Shown in pieces: positions 53,212 to 64,000 of a stretch of 64,000 bases of DNA (within the stretch, counting starts at the first letter, position 1; every line of letters begins with the position of its first letter). The position numbers and the translations under genes were made by a program. A model generated the notes under the pieces. That model made no database searches, was not told the DNA's origin, and saw nothing but the letters and a program-made list of their open reading frames with translations. This DNA is from Gemmatimonadaceae bacterium (GTDB lineage Bacteria > Gemmatimonadota > Gemmatimonadetes > Gemmatimonadales > Gemmatimonadaceae). The stretch covers positions 14,941-78,940 of the forward strand of contig JBPCJJ010000062.1 of assembly GCA_051005405.1 (NCBI GenBank), read 5' to 3'.

Positions 53212-54378
53212 GTGCCCGATTCCATGGAGCCGCTGGAAGCGTTCGCGATAACCGCGCCGGGGCTGAGCCGGATCGCCGCGCGGGAGCTCATAGGGGCAGG
53301 GCTCCACGTCGATGCTGTAGAGTCGGCAGGGGTGACGTTCAAGGGTGGCCTTCGGGAAGTGTACACCGCTAATCTGCAGTTGCGGACCGTGAGCCGCGTG
53401 ATCGTCAGGCTCGCGCGGTTCCATGCGCGGACCTTCGCTGAGATGGAGAGGCATTCCGTCAGGATCGGCTGGTCGCGGTTTCTCGCACCTGGACGGAGGT
53501 TCGAGGTCCGCGTGACCTCGCGCAGGTCGCGGCTGTACCATTCGGATGCCATCGCGGAGCGGATAACGCGGGCCATCCGAGAGGGAACGGGCGCCGAGCC
53601 GGGGGACGACGAGCGATCGGAAGAGCGCGAGGGAGAACGGGCCCAACTGATCGTCGTCCGGCTGGAGCGGGACGAGTGTACCGTGAATATGGACAGCTCG
53701 GGCGCGTTGCTGCACATGCGCGGTTACCGCCGCGCGACCGCCAAGGCGCCGATGCGGGAAACGATCGCGGCTGCCATGCTGCTGGCCTGCGAATGGCGCG
53801 CCGACGAGCCGTTGTTCGATCCGTTTTGCGGGTCGGGAACCGTTCCTATAGAAGGGGCCATGCTTTCGAGGCGCATTCCTCCGGGGCTGGACCGCGTTTT
53901 CGCATTTCAGCAGTGGCCGTGGTCGGAGCCGGGGTTGTGGTCCCGAATGCGACGCGAAGCGGAGCTGGAGATTCTGGAGCGAGCCGTCGCGCCGATTCTC
54001 GGGTCCGATCGCGACGAGGGCGCGATCAACTTCGCTGGCGAGAACGCGGCGCGCGCCGGCGTAGCAGGAGACGTCGAGCTGGTGCGCAGCGCGGTATCGG
54101 AGGCGGACATCGACACGCCTCCCGGATGGGTCGTCACGAACCCACCCTACGGCATTCGCGTGGGTACATCCCGCGAGCTGCGCAACCTGTACGCGCGGCT
54201 TGGCGCAGTCATGCGCGAGCGGTTTGTAGATTGGAAGCTGGCGTTCCTGTCGGCGGACCACGCACTCGAGTCGCAATTGCGCATGGAACTACAGACTTTG
54301 TTCAGAACGACAAACGGGGGAATTCCGGTGCGCTGCATGACGTCACGGCTGTCCGCTCCGGAGGGGGAGGGTCGGTGA
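53212..54378 (+). CDS. THUMP-domain class I SAM-dependent RNA methyltransferase (RlmL/UPF0020-like)
   Basis: The N-terminal half is THUMP-like. DPFCGSGTVPIE is the SAM motif I. VVTNPPYGIRVG is the NPPY catalytic motif. Confidence 0.75.
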   Translation: MPDSMEPLEAFAITAPGLSRIAARELIGAGLHVDAVESAGVTFKGGLREVYTANLQLRTVSRVIVRLARFHARTFAEMERHSVRIGWSRFLAPGRRFEVRVTSRRSRLYHSDAIAERITRAIREGTGAEPGDDERSEEREGERAQLIVVRLERDECTVNMDSSGALLHMRGYRRATAKAPMRETIAAAMLLACEWRADEPLFDPFCGSGTVPIEGAMLSRRIPPGLDRVFAFQQWPWSEPGLWSRMRREAELEILERAVAPILGSDRDEGAINFAGENAARAGVAGDVELVRSAVSEADIDTPPGWVVTNPPYGIRVGTSRELRNLYARLGAVMRERFVDWKLAFLSADHALESQLRMELQTLFRTTNGGIPVRCMTSRLSAPEGEGR

Positions 54379-54863
54379 ACGGATTGGAGCGGGGGGTTGG
54401 GCGGATCGAATCGATCAACGTGTCCGAAGGTGGCGTTCCCAAAAGAGCCCGGCCCGAGGCGTGGATCTCACGGAACGGGGTACACGGAGACAGCCACACC
54501 GACCTGCGCTTCCACGGCGGGCCTGATCGGGCGGTATGCATTTTCTCCAGGGAGATAATCGAGGCGCTTCGCCGGGAAGGCCATCCGATCGGCCCTGGGA
54601 CGACGGGGGAGAATCTGACGGTCTCGGGAATCGACTGGGCCACCGTTATGCCGGGCACGGTCTGGCAGGCCGGCGATTCGGTGCTCGAGATCGCGTCGTA
54701 CACATCCCCGTGCAAGACCATCCAGGATTCTTTCACCGACAAACGCTACAAACGTATCGCACAAAAGGTAAACCCTGGCTGGAGCAGGGTTTACGCCCGT
54801 GTGCGCGAGGAGGGGCAGGTTCGCGTCGGCGCTGGTTTTACCGCGGTATCACTCTTGAAGTAG
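54375..54863 (+). CDS. MOSC-domain protein
   Basis: The GTG overlaps the upstream stop (GTGA). It has the motifs GDSHTDLRFHGGPDRAVC and GENLTVSG ... LEIASYTSPC. Confidence 0.75.
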   Translation: MNGLERGVGRIESINVSEGGVPKRARPEAWISRNGVHGDSHTDLRFHGGPDRAVCIFSREIIEALRREGHPIGPGTTGENLTVSGIDWATVMPGTVWQAGDSVLEIASYTSPCKTIQDSFTDKRYKRIAQKVNPGWSRVYARVREEGQVRVGAGFTAVSLLK

Positions 54864-54947
54864 AAGTCCTGCCGCGTCGGGAGCCTTTAGCCGGCGGAGA
54901 AGTCACGGCGCGTCACCGCGCCGCACACCAGACAATCGAGGAATTCC

Positions 54948-60910
<5,963 letters not shown>

Positions 60911-60926
<16 letters not shown>

Positions 60927-61786
60927 AGACCGAGGACGGCGCTGTCGTCCCCGGCGAGCCGGCCGGCAAGAACGAGCTCGAGAAGCTCGAGGTAGAACTT
61001 CTTCTCGAGGGAATCTTCCGGCATTACGGCTTCGACTTTCGGGCGTACGCGTATTCGTCGCTCAGGCGGCGGCTGTGGAAGCGGATCGACGCCGAGGGTC
61101 TCGGGTCGGTGAGCGCGCTGCAGAACGCGGTGCTCCACGATCCGCCGGTAATGGAGCGGCTGCTCCGCGATCTCTCCGTGAACGTGACCGCGATGTTCCG
61201 GGATCCGACTTTCTATGTCGCTTTCCGGAATCAGGTCATTCCGCTGTTGCGCACCTACCCCTTCATCCGGATCTGGCACGCGGGCTGTTCCACCGGAGAA
61301 GAAGTATTCTCGATGGCCATCCTCCTCACCGAGGAAGGGCTGTACGACCGCTGCCGTATCTACGCGACGGATATCAATGACATAGTCCTGCGGCAGGCGA
61401 AGCAGCGGATTTTTCCATTGGAACGGATGCAGGAGTACACCGACAACTACATCAAGGCCGGCGGCAATCGGTCGTTTTCGGAGTACTACACGGCGATGTA
61501 TGAGGGCGCGCTGTTCTCGCCTGCTCTGCTCAAGAACGTCGTCTTCTCCCAGCACAACCTGGTGACGGACGGATCGTTCGCCGAGTTCAACGTCGTGCTG
61601 TGCCGCAACGTTCTCATTTACTTCGACAAGTCGCTCCAGGGGAAAGTGCACAAGCTTTTCTATGACAGCCTCTCGAATTTCGGCCTGCTCTGCCTCGGCT
61701 CCAAGGAATCGCTGAAGTTTTCCCGTTTCGAGCACTGCTACGAGGACATCAGTCTCCGCGAGAAGATTTACAGGAAGGTCCTGTAG
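60911..61786 (+). CDS. cheR: CheR-type protein-glutamate O-methyltransferase
   Basis: [13 protein letters not shown] (N-terminal helical domain), [26 protein letters not shown] (SAM motif) and [10 protein letters not shown]. The start is uncertain: GTG 60911 overlaps the kinase by 16 nt, and ATG 60836 would overlap it by 91 nt. Confidence 0.85.
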
Positions 61787-61787
61787 C

Positions 61788-62384
61788 ATGTTCTTCGATC
61801 TGATCGTGGTGGGCGTTTCGTGGGGCGGACTCGACGCTCTCACGACGATGGTGCGCGGGCTGCCGCCAGGCTTCGATGTTCCGGTCGTGATAGTCCAGCA
61901 CCGGGGTCCGGATGCGGAGAGCTTCCTCAGCGATCTCCTCCAGCAGTGGACCGAGAGAAAGATCGGCGAGCCCGAAGACAAGGAGCCGATCAGGACCGGA
62001 CATATCTATATCGCTCCCGCGAACTATCACCTTCTCGTCGAGGAGGGGCATTTCTCGCTGAGCACCGAAGCGCCCGTTCGTTACAGCCGGCCTTCGATCG
62101 ATGTGATGTTCGGCTCGGCGTGCTATGCTTACGGAGAACGCCTTATCGGAGTCGTGCTCACCGGAGCCAATGAGGACGGGTCGCGCGGTCTCCAATGTGT
62201 GCATGAGTACGGCGGCTACTGCGTGGTGCAGGATCCGGCGACCGCCGAGATCGCGACTATGCCGGCGGCCGCGCTGCGGCGCGTCCCCACGGCGGCGATG
62301 ATTCCGCTTGCAGGGATCGCGAGCCATATCGTCGACGTTGCCAAGAACGGCCCGCCGGAAAAATCCATGAAGGCAATGGCATGA
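61788..62384 (+). CDS. cheB: CheB-type protein-glutamate methylesterase, catalytic domain only (no receiver domain)
   Basis: 198 aa. The catalytic-triad contexts are GVSWGG (Ser), VVIVQH (His) and TGANEDG (Asp). The ATG lies 1 nt after the cheR stop. Confidence 0.85.
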   Translation: MFFDLIVVGVSWGGLDALTTMVRGLPPGFDVPVVIVQHRGPDAESFLSDLLQQWTERKIGEPEDKEPIRTGHIYIAPANYHLLVEEGHFSLSTEAPVRYSRPSIDVMFGSACYAYGERLIGVVLTGANEDGSRGLQCVHEYGGYCVVQDPATAEIATMPAAALRRVPTAAMIPLAGIASHIVDVAKNGPPEKSMKAMA

Positions 62385-63679
62385 CGGACAGGGTCAACAT
62401 CCTCATGGTCGATGATCGTCCGGAGAACCTCCTGGCGCTTGAAGCGATTCTGGAGCCGCTGGGCGAAAACCTCGTGCGCGCGAATTCCGGCGAACAGGCG
62501 CTGCGCGCGCTCCTCGCGCTCGACTTCGCGGTGATACTGCTCGATGTGCAGATGCCGGGAATGAACGGACTCGAGACCGCGCAGTACATCAAGGCGCGCG
62601 AGCGATCAAAATCCATCCCCATCCTGTTTCTGACAGCGATCAATAAGGAGGATTCGTACGTCTTCAAGGCGTACGAAGTCGGGGCAGTGGATTACTTGTT
62701 CAAGCCGTTCGACCCCGAAATTCTCCGCTCGAAGGTCGCCGTATTCGTCGATCTCTGGCGCAAGCAGGAACAGATCAAGACGCAGGAAGAGCGGATCCGT
62801 GTCTCGGAGAAACGGGAGCTCGAGCTACAGCATCGTACGACGCTTCTCGAGACCGAGGCCCGGTCCGCCGAGGAGCTCGCTTCGGTGAACAACGAGCTGC
62901 ATCGCCGGCAGTTCGAGCTGGAGCGGGCCATTACTGCGCGAAGCCGCTTTTACGCCTCGATGAGTCACGAGCTTCGCACCCCGATCAATGCAGTACTCGG
63001 CTACAGCACTCTGATGCTCGACGGCATATATGGGGACGTCAACGAAAAACAGCGGGAAGGGTTGATGCGCACTCACCGCGCCGCGAAGCACCTCCTCGAG
63101 CTAGTCAACGACGTGCTGGACCTCTCCAAGATCGAGGCGGGCAAGATCGAGCTCGCGATGCAGCCGGTCCAGTTCCCGAGTCTCATCGACGATCTCTTCG
63201 TTACGGTCGCGCCGTTTGCGGCGGAGAACAAGACCGAGCTCGATCTGCGCATGGAAGGCGAGCCGATCACGATCGTGTCGGACCCTCGTAGAATCCGGCA
63301 GGTGCTGCTCAACCTGGTCTCGAACGCGATCAAATTCGGGGAGGGCAACCCCGTCAGGGTTCTGTGCAGCGCCGATCCCGACACGGAAGGCGGCGTGCAG
63401 ATCGACGTGATAGACTCCGGGGAGGGAATCGCACCCGACGACCATTCCCGGATCTTCGACGAATTCGTTCAGCTCGGGCAATCGGCGCAGCCGGGCACCG
63501 GCCTTGGCCTTCCCATTTCCCGAAGGCTGGTGGAGATGCTTGGCGGGAAGATGGAGCTCGAATCCGAGCTCGGCAAAGGGAGCCGGTTTCGCGTCATCCT
63601 GCCGCCCGGCAACACGAGGACCGCCGAGCCGGAGCTGGAGCCGGAGTTCGCCGAAAGCTCCGGCACGCCCGCCAGCTAG
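62381..63679 (+). CDS. Receiver-histidine kinase (REC - coiled coil - HisKA - HATPase)
   Basis: The ATG overlaps the cheB stop (ATGA). REC: ILMVDDRPENL ... LLDVQMPGMNG ... FLTA ... FKPF. H-box [19 protein letters not shown]. HATPase motifs NLVSNAIKF, DSGEGI, GTGLGLPISRRLVEMLGG. Confidence 0.85.
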   Translation: MTDRVNILMVDDRPENLLALEAILEPLGENLVRANSGEQALRALLALDFAVILLDVQMPGMNGLETAQYIKARERSKSIPILFLTAINKEDSYVFKAYEVGAVDYLFKPFDPEILRSKVAVFVDLWRKQEQIKTQEERIRVSEKRELELQHRTTLLETEARSAEELASVNNELHRRQFELERAITARSRFYASMSHELRTPINAVLGYSTLMLDGIYGDVNEKQREGLMRTHRAAKHLLELVNDVLDLSKIEAGKIELAMQPVQFPSLIDDLFVTVAPFAAENKTELDLRMEGEPITIVSDPRRIRQVLLNLVSNAIKFGEGNPVRVLCSADPDTEGGVQIDVIDSGEGIAPDDHSRIFDEFVQLGQSAQPGTGLGLPISRRLVEMLGGKMELESELGKGSRFRVILPPGNTRTAEPELEPEFAESSGTPAS

Positions 63680-63731
63680 CTACGATGCGCGGGCGTCTGT
63701 AAACGCCGCCGCCGCGGGAATAGATTTCGTC

Positions 63732-64000
63732 ATGGATCTTCCCCGGTCGGGCGTGTTCAACGACGGATTCATCGCGGAGCAGTGGGAGCGCTTTCAGCTC
63801 GACCCCGCTTCGGTCGATGAGAGTTGGCGACAGTACTTCGGGTTCGCCCGGTCGCTCGCGGGTGGCGCTGACACGGCAACAGGTGCGCCGGATGCGACGC
63901 TGCTGCGGAAGGTCGCTGCCTCCGCATCGCTCGTAGCGGCTATTCGCGCGCTCGGACACCTCGCGTTCCAGCGCGACCCCCTCGGCGCCCTGCCGATGGG
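63732..64000 (+). CDS. sucA: 2-oxoglutarate dehydrogenase E1 component, N-terminal fragment (3'-truncated by the window edge)
   Basis: My own translation from the ATG at 63732 is MDLPRSGVFNDGFIAEQWERFQLDPASVDESWRQYF ... LVAAIRALGHLAFQRDPLG. It matches the SucA N-terminal pattern (F.....IE.LY..F..DP.SVD..WR..F ... LI.AYR.RGH..A.LDPLG). It is absent from the ORF track because no stop is reached. Confidence 0.7.
   Translation, partial: MDLPRSGVFNDGFIAEQWERFQLDPASVDESWRQYFGFARSLAGGADTATGAPDATLLRKVAASASLVAAIRALGHLAFQRDPLGALPM

Overview
This is a 64-kb high-GC bacterial chromosomal segment. Hand-counted 60-nt lines give roughly 65-70% GC. It is densely coding on both strands, with many 1-16 nt overlapping stop/start junctions. 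The gene content includes a type III glutamine synthetase, BIG2/Ig lipoproteins, a DUF5916/CBM9-like outer-membrane protein and a TonB receptor with a carboxypeptidase-regulatory domain. That content is reminiscent of Gemmatimonadota-like organisms, but this is inference only. Most of the window is housekeeping, envelope and stress genes: GH3 hydrolase, Ku-LigD NHEJ, CspA, M1/S41/M28 peptidases, SPFH, cardiolipin synthase, GlnN, an ECF sigma/anti-sigma pair, MATE, OsmC, CDGSH, RecQ, MsrPQ, a THUMP methyltransferase, MOSC, and the 5' end of sucA. I found no rRNA, CRISPR array, transposase or integrase.

Three things stand out:
1. An 8.7-kb tightly coupled operon (54948-63679) encodes a 1992-aa soluble hybrid histidine kinase, a CheR methyltransferase, a receiver-less CheB methylesterase and a REC-histidine kinase. 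The big kinase carries about 21 tandem HAMP modules as ten 92-aa units; nine consecutive motif positions are spaced exactly 276 bp apart, the tenth unit is 5 aa longer, and there is an 828-bp super-period. The window contains no MCP, CheA, CheW or CheY, so this may be a methylation-adapted phosphorelay in which the kinase itself is the CheR/CheB substrate.
2. A 1.3-kb low-GC islet is inserted at tRNA-Cys. It is bounded by a 45-bp direct repeat of the tRNA 3' half and carries only a Gp49/RelE-like toxin plus an XRE antitoxin, with no integrase.
3. Several smaller oddities: a plasmid-type RepA-like gene in native context, a bipolar acidic/basic histone-H1/AlgP-like protein, a seven-domain secreted nuclease, and an SPFH / Zn-ribbon / M1-peptidase coupled trio.

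All domain calls come from motif recognition by eye. No database search was run.
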